The notes: generated from the sequence alone by a model not told the origin. Positions 11,501 to 22,704 are shown, counted from the whole stretch's first letter. The stretch: DNA of 63,846 bases, filler included, from Licmophora abbreviata (GCA_900291995.1; 17 parts of 17 records of this genome joined end to end with filler, not necessarily neighbours in it); one strand, 5' to 3'. Translations and numbers: made by a program.

Positions 11501-14500
11501 CCACCAAGGGAGGCCCTCAGATGAACGGCCGTTCGTTCAACCTCGTTGTCGAGAGCTCCGTTATGACTCCTGAAGAAAAGCAGCGCCGAAAGAACCGCAA
11601 GTCTGGTGCAGCTCGTGACAGAGATGACGGGCACAACGTGGCTCGACCGGAAAGTGAAGCCGAGTTCCTCTCTCTGGACTTTTCTTCTCGCTGCGCCGTA
11701 GCCGGCTTGCAATTGGGACGCACCAAGGTCTTTCTTCGTCGCGAGGCCTTCGATCGCATCGAAGCACTCCGCTCGGAACGATTCTTCAATGCTGCAGCTG
11801 CTATTCAGAGGATCGTGCGAGGCCGTCAATCTCGCTACTATTATCTCGTTATGCGCGGTGCTGCGATCATGATTCAAAGCGTTTTCCGGATGAAGCTGGC
11901 ATCTCGTGAAATGGATTTCATGAAGCTGGAACACGCTGCGACGACAATCCAAAGCTCATGGCGTATGTATGATGCCAAGCTGTCCGTATGGCAGATAGTC
12001 GTGGCAAGGAAGGCTGCAGCGATCTTGATCCAGCGTGTATACAAAAGACGCATGCGGCTGGCGATGCAGTCGTCCGTGTCGGATGAAGATATTATCAAAG
12101 CCATAACTCAAGTTCAGGCCATGCACCGTGGTAGCGTAGCTCGTGGAGCCGTGATTGAGCTCATGGAGCAGCGATACCGAGAAGAGCAGGAGAGAGTTGA
12201 ACGAGAGAAGGCTAGAGCGGCTGTGACGGCTTTCGCTCAGCAGTCCCCGTCTCCCGTCAAGGAACGGCAGCTATCCCCAATGCCTGTTGTCGTGCAGGAA
12301 ACGAGTGCGCTGGCTGTTGGGACTGATATCCAAACAGAACTGTTCCGTCAGATCCAGGAGGAAAACTGGGCTTCCGTGGAACACATATTGGATAAGAATC
12401 CAGATCTTGCCGAGAGTCCCGACTCCAAGAGCGGAGAATTGCCTTTGCATATGATTGTCCGCCATACCGGCGCATGGACGCTGCTTATCGACATGGTACT
12501 TGTCTTGCATCCCAAAGCTCTCATCCACCGGGACAAGATGGGCGCTCTGCCAATTCATCACGCCTCAGCACACGATAATCTGGCTGCTCTCGAAATCATC
12601 TACAGTGCGTATAAAGAAGGCATCAACGACACGGACAGAAAGGGACGATTGCCGATTCATGTTGCTGCTGAGTTTGACGCTGTTGATGCTGTGAAGTTCT
12701 TGCTGGCGAAGTCGCCCGAGGGAGCGTACACAATGGTATATCGGCCTCCGAACAATTCCGGTGGCGGTCTACCCCTTCATATTGCCACGCGCAATTATGC
12801 TTCCATCGGCGTCATCACGGCGCTTCTAGCAGAGAACTTTGCCTCTGCGAAGCGTGCAGACGAAAACGGAGACCTCCCCTTGCACCTTCTGTTGCGCTGT
12901 GGCGAAGTCGTTGACCAGGTTGTTGTAAAGACTCTCTTGACCTGTTTCTCTTCTGCCGTGTCTCGTACTGACATGAACGGCGATCTTCCACTGGCTATCG
13001 CGATTAAACACCAGTGCCGATCTGCAGTAATTAACTCTATCCTTATGCAATTTCCGGAGGGTGCCGGAGTTCTGAATGGAGACGGACACAGTCCTCTATA
13101 TTTGGCTTTCAAGCACAGTGCTGATGACCGGACGATAATGGGTCTGCTGAACCACGCACCTGAGGTAAGTCCAGTTGGATGAATTTAATCGAAGTCCACT
13201 CTCATCGAAAACTCACTTGCCTGAGTTTTTTTTCTGTAGCTTGCAACCGCTATTGATAGAAAGACCGGCATGCTTCCTATTCAGGTGGCGACAGAGAACG
13301 AACACTCGCACTTCATCGTCCACAATCTTCTGAAGCGCGACATGCCGATCGATTTGAAGGAGAAGGTGCGGGCGCAGCTCATTCCCCACCACTACTCTTG
13401 GAATCATATCGTGTCGAACACGGAAGACATGTACCATCAAGTGGTCACCAAGATCCTTCAGTCCTGCACACAGCCACAGGTGCTCNNNNNNNNNNNNNNN
13501 NNNNNNNNNNNNNNNNNNNNNNNNNNNNNTTAATTAATTAANNNNNNNNNNNNNNNNNNNNNNNNNNNNNNNNNNNNNNNNNNNNCCTTCAGTCCTGCAC
13601 ACAGCCACAGGTGCTCGCTCTCGCCCACGTGGAAGGTCCCGACAGCAAGATCGCACTCGCTGCTGCGACACCGGTTTGCAAGCACGAGCTCCGTGTCATG
13701 CTCAGGCTTTTCAACACCTTGGAAGTCGTGAACCAGAAACCTGCGTACACAAACCCCGTTAGTGATACACAGATCTTCTACGCTCTTCGATACGATCCAC
13801 CCAAAGAACAGAGTAACCAATTCACCATCCTGCACGAGGACAAGAACGACGGCGGCGAGAACGACTATCTCGAGGACTGGGACGATTCTTCTCAGACGTC
13901 TGCAGCTTCGAGAAGTAGCGTTCGTTCGACGCTCAGTAGCCGGTCGCAACAGACTATCGAAGACAAGCTTCGTTACATTCGCAAGGAGAAGGGTCAGCAG
14001 GTGATTGCTAAACTTACGTCCAGGTCTGACGTCGTTGAGCGCGAGCTCAAAGTGCGCAAGGAGCATCATCTGTCTCGTCACTACGTTCCTGCAATCATCA
14101 GCGTTCATCACACGGTCCAGCACGCGGCATACTCCGAAGCGATGGCGGAGCCGGGATACTGCATAACCATGGAGGGAGCAGACACCACAGCAGAGAACCT
14201 CATGTTGGATATGCGCAAGTCCGGAAAACCTTTCCCCGTGAAGGCGCTGAAGCGCATCGGCATATCGCTTCTGCACATGCACGAGCATGGATTGATTCAT
14301 TGTGACTTTGGGACTCACAACATAGGCAAGTTTGGTAGTCGATGGAAGTTGCTAGGCGTCGGCGGAAGCGTTCCGATCGGCGAACCGACGGATCCGAACC
14401 GTGGCTTTTATCATCCACCTGAATCGATCGTCGTTGAGAACAAGCGCGTCCCGCTTGGTAAGAAGAACGTGTCTGCTTGCGTCGTATCAGTTCCCGCCCA

Positions 14501-15191
14501 GACGAACTACGACATCTGGGCTTTCGGTTGTGTGGTGTATGAAGCGATCGCGGGGGTGCCGCTTTCGGCGTACGCTTGTCGAGGCAAGCGAGCGATGTCA
14601 TCGGTTGAAGTTGGAAAGATCGGACTGTGGGACGAACAGAACGTCAAAAAGTCGATGAAGCACGTACCAGACGACGAAGTCGCGCGCGATCTTCTTCGTC
14701 GTATTCTTGATCACGAGCCGGAGCAGAGGTTTCGCTCGATGCGTGCCGTGCTTGAGCATCCTTTCTTCAGTGGCGGCAAGGTTGACGATCGCAACGCCGC
14801 GCGACCAAGCGCCTCGGTTCCGCTCAAGGGCGGACAGCGCTCAAAAGCGAACCCTCCATCTCGTCAAGGTTCGCGACCGAGACAGTCTGGAAGCTCACTT
14901 GGAAATGCCTCAGGCCGCGTACACTCTCGAGAGACTCAGGGGAGAACTCGTAAGATTGCTGAATACGAAACGGATCCCGTGGGAAATGTATCCGGCAATG
15001 TCGGCGGGTCCAGCAGCCCCGGCCAGGAGAATCGCTTGAATAGAGCCCCATCGAATTCTCGCTCCAAGCAACTGGAACCCACCGGGGCGAGCTACCCTGT
15101 CTCGCCCGACAGCTCTGACAGTCCAAAATCCTCTCGTAGCTTTGGAGGTCTACGGAACAAGTTTCGTTCACGCCGAAAGGAGAAAGCGTAA
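8589..15191 (+). CDS. Unconventional myosin with IQ motifs, ankyrin repeats and C-terminal kinase-like domain (about 2076 aa)
   Basis: P-loop GESGAGKT, switch I NDNSSRFGK, switch II DIFGFE, HYIRCLKPN, QLRCGGVLE. About 5 IQ-like motifs and multiple G-LPLH ankyrin repeats. Introns 9933-10020, 11368-11445, 13165-13239. The 13486 gap has a 31-nt duplicated flank that closes in frame (LQSCTQPQVL|ALAHVEG). Confidence 0.92.
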
Positions 15192-15612
15192 ACGATGGAG
15201 GAAGGGACACCATGGATTGAAGAAAACACAGAAATGTGAAGTAGAGACTATACGTTATTATACTCAGTCGTCTACTTAGCAGCAGTGCAAGTTATTCGCT
15301 TATGATACCACAGGTTGAAGGTACCTGGTAGGGGTAGTGTGGATGTGGGTGCAACACGCGGAGCCTTTCTGGCGCGAACAACCATTCAAATCATCTGCGA
15401 GGTCCGCGCTCCGTAAATCTCTGAAACGATTTTAAAATGTAGTTCGCGGCGGAAGAGTTTGGACAGGGTGACGATGGGCGAGAGTTGCGCCAAACATAGT
15501 TGCCACGATCACGGTGCCAACACCGCCTTAGCCATACCGCTAGAGATCGTGACACGGCTCATACTCTTTCATTCAAGGCTTTTGTCCTTGCTGGGTGTCG
15601 CGGAACTGAAAC

Positions 15613-16154
15613 ATGACTGTGAAGCCCACAACAGCGACGAAAGAAGGTGAGTGTTTCGTCGCCAAGGTTGTTGCATCATGGTGCTGTTTGGACAGATCTT
15701 TAATGTGCAAACGAGGGACTGATCAGTTTCTTCCTTTTTGTCCGTATCCAGGGGTTTCCTCCGGCTGTCTTGAGGTAAGACTCTCTGTTTCGCTACCGCT
15801 CGTCGTTTACGCCTGGCGTTTCCTGATGTGGACGTTCCTACTCTTTGTCAATTCTTCCAGAGGCGAGTGAATGACCCTCACACCGCTCTCAAGTTTGCAA
15901 TCCGTGAGTCTCACAGGGTCACGAGTCAGATGAGGCGCATGGTGGGCAGTGGGGATGGCGATGTATGGGTCGAACGACACTACAACAATAGCCAGAACAA
16001 GAAAACGTATATTTACTTTCGTTCTGTCAAGACGGACGCTTGCTTTTGGCACGAACCGCCCAGTGGAGCTAGTCACGTGGTATTGTTGAGTGAGCTCAGC
16101 AAGTTTCCTTTTCTGTATGACTTTGCGACAGGACCTCTCGGCAAATCATTGCCG
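15613..16154 (+). CDS. Small protein with WW-like motif, 3' truncated by gap
   Basis: Exons 15613-15646, 15752-15774 and 15861-16154 splice in frame via GT-AG introns. Contains WVERHYNNSQNKKTYIYFRSVKTDACFWHEPP. Confidence 0.6.
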
Positions 16155-16254
16155 NNNNNNNNNNNNNNNNNNNNNNNNNNNNNNNNNNNNNNNNNNNNTT
16201 AATTAATTAANNNNNNNNNNNNNNNNNNNNNNNNNNNNNNNNNNNNNNNNNNNN

Positions 16255-17301
16255 GACGCTTGCGTATCCACACTACTACTCCGCGCAAGCGCAATCGCCG
16301 CCCGCGAATCCCGTTCCAGCTTGATCTTGTCCTGCGCCAAGGCACGATGCTTGGCCTTGAGGGAGCGGAGTTCGTCTTGGAGGAGCTCGACGTGACGCAC
16401 CGCGGCCGCCGCCTTGGCGTGTGCCTCGTTCCGACCCGTACGCATGTGCGTCACGTCGGCACGAAGCTTCGCTTCCACCTCGACGGCACGGGAGGCGTCG
16501 CGGGTTTCGGATTTGGATGTTTCGACGGCCCGAAGGAGGTTCTATAAGAAATGATAGAGAGAGTGGCAGGAGTAGTGGAGAGTGAGAGTTGGTGTTCATT
16601 CACGCACATACAGAGAGACACTAACACTACTTCTCAGATCATACCGTAATGGTGATACGACTCTGCTCTTCTGAAGCACGAAGACGTTGCAGTTCTCGAT
16701 CCTTACTGTCGACTTGTTCACGCAGCTGAGTAAGCTCACGCGTCTTTTCGTCGCATGCATAGAAGGCTTCCAGACCAGCGCGAAGGAGGGAATCTAGACT
16801 GCTGTGCAGCAATGCGACAGTACGAGTCTTACACGAAGTAGTAGAGAGCTCTTCCTCCGTGGGCGACCAGATTGCCTTGAGCTGGTCCATAACGGTCGTC
16901 GTCATGGCGTCGTCATCCTTGTTGCTCTTCATGCAGGAAGAAGGACGAGTCGCTTCGGTACTATCGTCGTCACCGTCACTTTCGACACTACTAGTAGCAG
17001 AAGTAGCACTTCTAGTAGTAGACCGACGAAGGAGCTTACGCGAGGCGTCGTCGTAATGCTGCGTTGTATCGTCTTCCGTAGTGTCATTGCTGTCACTACG
17101 ACCGCGCTTGTTGCTGGCTGCCGTCGCAAGAACCGCTTGGGCCAGGACGGCTTCGGCCATGGCATGAGGCGAATGAGGAAGCCCCTTCAACGAAGAGGAC
17201 TCGGACGGTTCTGTGTTGTTGGGAGGACTAGTCATGGTGTCGGAAGAAGAAGAAGAAGCTGCTGCTGTCATTGTCATGTCGTCAAGTAATGATGTTTGCA
17301 T
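16255..17301 (-). CDS. Ser/Thr-rich coiled-coil hypothetical protein, 3' truncated by gap
   Basis: Exon 17301-16645, GT-AG intron, then exon from 16541 (NLLRAVETSK...) in frame. Heptad-like C-terminal half. Confidence 0.7.
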
Positions 17302-17885
17302 GTGTTTTGGCGCGCTCTTTTGACTTCCGGGTCTCGGAATTTGGAGTGCGCTTTCGTGTCACGCGCGCGCGTGAACCTGTTGTGACTATTATTCTCACAT
17401 CGAAGGCCTTTCGCGTATCGTCTTGAATGCATCATTCGCGAGGCCGTTCGTTGGACATCCTCCTTTTGTCGGCACCCTCTGCACTTCAAAAAAGGGAAAA
17501 GTGACTTGGTACGTTGTGGACGATGACATAACATGACTTGTGAGGAGGCAACTTCTTTTCTTTGAGTGATGTTGTGGTTTTGAGTTTGGAACAAGAACGG
17601 CTTGCAATACGAAATGCGAGAATTCGGATCGATCCATTACGTACTGGAAGGTATCTGTAATATGAAATTACCAATCCGGTTTTCCTATTCGTAAGGCGCC
17701 AGTCACTCGAACACGCGCGCATCACGGGAAAACACAAAGAGACATCGAACCTTATCTCACCCAAAGAGACTCTCTCTCACCATTCTTCGCCTCGCTTTCC
17801 CTCTCCTCCCGCATTTTAAAGGACACATTGCCACCTGAGACACTCCAGAACAGTTTTCTTTGTTTCATTCGTTTGCATCATCATC

Positions 17886-19709
17886 ATGTGGGCCGCAATT
17901 CGTTCCGACTTGGAAGAATTCGTCACGACCGTCAAGGACGACAGTGCCGAAGTGACGAAAAAGGTGTCAACTCCTTTGAGCAGCAATCTTGACGGTGCCA
18001 TTGGAGCAAGACCTCCAGAGGACAACGATGATGCAACTTCCACGAGGATGTCTATGATGGTCATGGAGGATGGAGACGTCATGTACGACAATGACGATGA
18101 GGATGCCATTGTTGCCGCCGAAGAAGCGGAACGTCTCATGGGAGAAGCGGAAACCTTTGTGGAACCTCTTGATGAGAATGAAGACCACGTCCAAGAGTTC
18201 CTCAAGGCATTCGACATTGACGCCAAGACGGAAGAGATTTCAAAGCTACTGGAAGCCTACCCTGACACGCTCAAGGTTCAGTTTGAAGCCTTGGTACCGA
18301 CGCAGGTGCAGTACAAGGAATTCTGGGAGCGATACTACTTTCGGTGTGATGAGGACCGCATTCTGCGTGAATTCAAGCGGCAGCGGGAAGCAGCACGTAC
18401 CGCCCGTGCCGAGGCGATTGCCAAGGGCGTCAAGAGTGTCAAGAACTTGTTCGGTGGCGCTGTCAAGGCAGTGTCGAGTACACTGGAGCAGTACGATCAA
18501 GAGAACCAGCAGCATGAAACGACATTGTCGTACGCGAGTAGTGAGGGTGTCGCTGGTTCGGCCACTGGAGGCATGGCCTTGTTTGGTGGACATCGGCCGC
18601 CGTTTGTCATGAATACAGCCGTCCGGGAAGAAGACGATGAAGAGGAAGAGGAGGAGGAGGAGCTCGGCTGGGACGACGACGACGACGAGGACTACGTGGA
18701 CGACGACGAAGGTGATGAAGAAGAAGACGAAGATGAGATGGTTGAATTCACTGACGGAATGGAGGAGGAGCTCAAAACAATCAAGCAGCAGCTGGCACAG
18801 GCACTGGAGGAGCGTGAGCAGCTCCACCAGACTGTTGAAATGCAAACCGAAGAGATTGCGTCACTCCGTGTCAGTGGTGACGCGGAAGAAAAGCTTGTTG
18901 CCTCTGCGGAAAGCAGCGGTGAAGAAATTGAAAAGCTGAAAATGCAGCTTTTTGAAAAGGACTCGGAATTGGCGGCGTTGCGAGCGAGCCTTGAGGACAC
19001 GCAGGATGCGGATCGCAGAGCTGCGACCAAGAAAGACTTGGCGAAATTGGCTTCGCTCGAGAGGAATGTGGAGCGACTTGAGGAGATCGTGTCCACCAAA
19101 GACCAGGAAAAACAGCAACTGCAGGAAGAAGTGCAGCAGGCCAAAGACGAAGCGATGCAGCTTCGTGCTGAGATTGAAGCCGGCAACGGTTCCTTGGTGG
19201 AAGCCAAGGATGGTCGATTAGAGATGGAACGACAGATTGCTTCTATCAAGGAAATGCTCGCTCAGTCGCAGGAGGAGACCGAGTCGGTTCGTATCGCGTT
19301 TGAATCGCACAAGCGGGATACTGCCGAGCAGACGTTGAAAGCGCGAGACGAAGCAAGCCTGGTTTCTGTCGAACTCGAGGCAGCGAAAGCCGAGCTGGAA
19401 GAAACGAAAGGCAGTCTTGAATTCACAGCTCGACGAGCCGATCTTCTGGAGCAGCAAGTCGCTAGCCTCACGAAGGAAATGCAAGACAAGGAGAGAGAGG
19501 TCGAAGCAAGACTTGTAGAAGAGATTGCAAAAATTCGTGCTGAGCACGACCGTTGCTCCGACGAGAGCAAGGGCTCCATGTCAACGGGAGTGAACGTCTC
19601 TGATGATCCTCCCCCGGAAACGCCTCAAGTGACTCACATCGCTGCCACTGATGGCGACGACGATGACGACGACGACTGGGGTGATGATTGGGGCGACGAG
19701 GACGATTGA
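17886..19709 (+). CDS. BSD-domain protein with acidic tract and long coiled coil
   Basis: Intronless 607-aa ORF. FDIDAKTEEISKLL...LVPTQVQYKEFWERYYFR matches the BSD signature. E/K/Q-rich coiled coil and C-terminal DDWGDDW. Confidence 0.85.
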   Translation: MWAAIRSDLEEFVTTVKDDSAEVTKKVSTPLSSNLDGAIGARPPEDNDDATSTRMSMMVMEDGDVMYDNDDEDAIVAAEEAERLMGEAETFVEPLDENEDHVQEFLKAFDIDAKTEEISKLLEAYPDTLKVQFEALVPTQVQYKEFWERYYFRCDEDRILREFKRQREAARTARAEAIAKGVKSVKNLFGGAVKAVSSTLEQYDQENQQHETTLSYASSEGVAGSATGGMALFGGHRPPFVMNTAVREEDDEEEEEEEELGWDDDDDEDYVDDDEGDEEEDEDEMVEFTDGMEEELKTIKQQLAQALEEREQLHQTVEMQTEEIASLRVSGDAEEKLVASAESSGEEIEKLKMQLFEKDSELAALRASLEDTQDADRRAATKKDLAKLASLERNVERLEEIVSTKDQEKQQLQEEVQQAKDEAMQLRAEIEAGNGSLVEAKDGRLEMERQIASIKEMLAQSQEETESVRIAFESHKRDTAEQTLKARDEASLVSVELEAAKAELEETKGSLEFTARRADLLEQQVASLTKEMQDKEREVEARLVEEIAKIRAEHDRCSDESKGSMSTGVNVSDDPPPETPQVTHIAATDGDDDDDDDWGDDWGDEDD

Positions 19710-19795
19710 AGCGATGGTCCAATACCTTAGTTAACTTTCCACTCTATATAAAAGACAAGCATTTATGCTACTCATGCGTAAAATTGTAAGTCTCA

Positions 19796-20034
19796 TCACG
19801 CGGCCATCTTTTGCATCTGCGCCAAGGCTCCCGGAAGCCACTCGGGTCCCATATCACCCGCCGGATAGACAAGATAGGACTCTCCATCTTCCTCGAATAG
19901 TTGGAACCCCACCGATAACATGACGTCCAGCGCACCATGAACATCAGCAATGGCTGCTTTGATCTTCGCATTCGACAGTCGAACGCGTCTAAACTTTGCC
20001 GCGGCCTCATCGTCCTCGGTAGACTGTCCCTTAG
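19796..20034 (-). CDS. C-terminal PUB (PUG) domain protein fragment, 5' lost in gap
   Basis: Not in the ORF track. Manual translation gives KGQSTEDDEAAAKFRRVRLSNAKIKAAIADVHGALDVMLSVGFQLFEEDGESYLVYP...QKMAA*, matching the PUB pattern KFRxIxxxN...GAxxxLxxxGF. Confidence 0.8.
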
Positions 20035-20134
20035 NNNNNNNNNNNNNNNNNNNNNNNNNNNNNNNNNNNNNNNNNNNNTTAATTAATTAANNNNNNNNNN
20101 NNNNNNNNNNNNNNNNNNNNNNNNNNNNNNNNNN

Positions 20135-21220
20135 AGTGACTCGAGTCTTACACCCTTGGATCCGGAAACGGCACCCGTGGTCTTTCCTGGTGAGGTAGCG
20201 TACCCACAGTACGGAAGCTCGTCAGATGGCACTTGGGTCGGAAGCTCAATGATGCGAAGCGGAGATCTAGATCTCGAATATGCTCCCGATGCGACAGTGC
20301 TCACACAGGCTGCTGCAGTGCTGGGTGGACTGTCGGAAGGTACCTCACCTTCTTCACAGCTTCCCACGCGTTACAATTCGTACGATCCGTCGAGTCCGAT
20401 GCCCGTGGTTTCCTCTATGCCTCCTCCTCCCCAAGGTGAACCGGACGTGGAGCATCGACGCAGTCTCAAGGTATCTGATTTAATGCAACATTTTAATCAG
20501 ATGAAGACGGAGGGAGGAAATCAATTTAACGAGTCAGGTGATATGTCGATGGGAACCTTTGGCGCCTCAACAGACACACTGGACGCCGGCGGGCCAACCG
20601 ACGCGATGGAACCGTATCCGTTAGACGGGAGGAATAGCAACTCGTTATCAAGCTCAGCGGCTGCCTTCTTCAAGACAGCTTTGGAAGACAGCTCTTCTGA
20701 TCTGAGTATGCTTCGTCGTGAAACTTCCACGGGGTCTTCGGCTGGCTACGGCAGTGGAACTCAGTTTTCTCCGTCGCCCAACGCAAGTCAGGACAGTCGC
20801 CGTGGCTTGTTGACATCTCGACCGAAACCCATTACGGCACGACTGGGCTCGTCGGACGCTTCTTTGACAATCGATCACATTGCAGCCATGTGGAGCTCTA
20901 ACCGCAACCAAGTTTCACAGGTACTGGAGGGAAACGAGGAAGACGCGTCTTCCAGAGAGCTGAGTCCCCGTAAAGTGAACGCGATGGCGGACGACCCGGA
21001 CAACATGAGCTCACTAGGACATGATTCCATGGATATTGTGAAGGCAATGGGGATGGGTAGCTCAGGCTCTGTCGCCCTGGACAACAACTCGGGGTCGGCG
21101 GCATCAGGGTCAGGCGCTTCGAACATGGACTTTTCAGCCATGAAATCTGGAGGCATGGGAAGCTCGAGTGGGACAGACTCCGGCATCGTGAGCGGAGGGT
21201 CGGGCCAGATGCAATTGTGA
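20135..21220 (+). CDS. Ser/Gly/Met-rich low-complexity protein, C-terminal fragment
   Basis: Open frame of more than 350 codons from the gap to TGA 21218-21220. No recognisable domain. Confidence 0.65.
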   Translation, partial: SDSSLTPLDPETAPVVFPGEVAYPQYGSSSDGTWVGSSMMRSGDLDLEYAPDATVLTQAAAVLGGLSEGTSPSSQLPTRYNSYDPSSPMPVVSSMPPPPQGEPDVEHRRSLKVSDLMQHFNQMKTEGGNQFNESGDMSMGTFGASTDTLDAGGPTDAMEPYPLDGRNSNSLSSSAAAFFKTALEDSSSDLSMLRRETSTGSSAGYGSGTQFSPSPNASQDSRRGLLTSRPKPITARLGSSDASLTIDHIAAMWSSNRNQVSQVLEGNEEDASSRELSPRKVNAMADDPDNMSSLGHDSMDIVKAMGMGSSGSVALDNNSGSAASGSGASNMDFSAMKSGGMGSSSGTDSGIVSGGSGQMQL

Positions 21221-21387
21221 TACAAGTTAATCAGGTCCTAACAAGTGCATGTTATTAATTTCAACCAGTTGGGAGCATTTCACGGTATCATTACGCTTGA
21301 ATGTTATTTTATCCTCTAGGATTGCCTGTTCGCCAGTTACTCGTAGTTCGTTCGTACACACCAGCGATAGTTGTCTATCAAATTTCA

Positions 21388-22704
21388 TCAGTTGGGCTTC
21401 TTGAAATGTCTGTGCCTGTCCAGCCGCTTCTCTACATTTTTCCGCTTGTTGCGACGCTGCAACCGACGTCCAGCCTTGGTCACATCGCGGACACGCATCT
21501 TTTTGAGATAGGATTGCCGTTCGTCTGCCGTCAAGTGCGCAAATGGGTCCTCGTCGCCTTCCCATGCATCCTGTTCGTTCTTCCAGTCACCCAAGGCCAC
21601 CACCCGTACTTGCGCGTCGGGGCGTGACCCTGGGATTTCCAGTACCCCCGGAGAGTCGACTGAAACTTGTGGAGACCGTCCGGACGACGAGAAAAATGTC
21701 GCCACGCGCTGGAAGACATGTACAAGAGAGTGCAAATACACATGAAATAGTCTCAGTGAAGACAGAAGTCGACGATGGATACGATGAGCTTGTCTGAGAA
21801 AGGCTTCGTTTCGGGTATACACCTGGAAGGCACTCTTGGTTAAATCGTTTGACGACGTGACAATACACAAGTCGCTATCCACGTAAAGCACGCGCACTGC
21901 CCTTGGGAATGTCTTCTTCATTTCAGTAGAGGCTGTCGGCCCCCAGCGACGATTGTCCCCTAGAAATGTCCACCGCTTTTGTGCCAAGGCCAGGTCCAGT
22001 GTCGTCCGAGTGAGTCGCTCTATATGGTAACGACATGTCCTTTGGACGAGACCGCCAAGATACTTCGTGCGGTCCAGTACATACGAGTCCTCGTCGTCCT
22101 CTACATTTTCCAAGTGAATGTCGCGCGAGGAGGAACGAAACAGTCCGTCTTCGGCGGTCCCGTCTGTATCGGAGGCCTTCAGAGACGTTTTCGGAAAGTG
22201 CTGGAGATCAATGTCGAATCGTCGACTGTCGAGTAGCGACGACGCGCTCTTTCGAGATCCAAAGACATATTTCCAATGCCCATCGAGAAGGTTCGAGTCT
22301 GTCGTCGTAATGACAGGACTCGTCTGAACCAGCGCCGCCAGCTTGTCTTCCAATAAGACGTCGTCTCGGATCGGATCACCCAAGAGGTTCCAAATTTCCT
22401 CCTTGAATTTGCCCACTGTTTCTTGGACAATGTTTCGTTTTAACAAGTTAACGTCATAGACGACGCCATCCAGCCCCCCAATGCCTGTCGTGGCGTTCAC
22501 AGGGTTCAATGGGGAGTCGCTTTCGTTTATGGGAGCCTGAAAGAGCCGCCACCGAGGAGATTGCGAATCTCTGTGGGTGACAGCTTGTCGAGCAGCAGAT
22601 GCTCTGGCGACATATAGAGCTCTGCGGCCCGTTCTTAGAGAAAAACAGAGTGCAGCGGGGACACCCGCACAGAGGAGAAGAGCCGTGAGGCCGATGAATC
22701 TCAT
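21388..22704 (-). CDS. Plastid lipid-associated protein (PAP/fibrillin-like)
   Basis: Signal peptide followed by F (AALC-FSL) and an R/A/S-rich transit region. LLDGHWKYVF and VLYVDSDLCIV resemble the fibrillin LxGxWxLxY and tYLDxdLRI motifs. Confidence 0.65.
   Translation of the reverse strand: MRFIGLTALLLCAGVPAALCFSLRTGRRALYVARASAARQAVTHRDSQSPRWRLFQAPINESDSPLNPVNATTGIGGLDGVVYDVNLLKRNIVQETVGKFKEEIWNLLGDPIRDDVLLEDKLAALVQTSPVITTTDSNLLDGHWKYVFGSRKSASSLLDSRRFDIDLQHFPKTSLKASDTDGTAEDGLFRSSSRDIHLENVEDDEDSYVLDRTKYLGGLVQRTCRYHIERLTRTTLDLALAQKRWTFLGDNRRWGPTASTEMKKTFPRAVRVLYVDSDLCIVTSSNDLTKSAFQVYTRNEAFLRQAHRIHRRLLSSLRLFHVYLHSLVHVFQRVATFFSSSGRSPQVSVDSPGVLEIPGSRPDAQVRVVALGDWKNEQDAWEGDEDPFAHLTADERQSYLKKMRVRDVTKAGRRLQRRNKRKNVEKRLDRHRHFKKPN

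Noticed and set aside
18630..18740. GAG/GAC/GAA triplet runs
   Set aside because: They encode the poly-Glu/Asp tract of the BSD protein and are not an independent repeat element.
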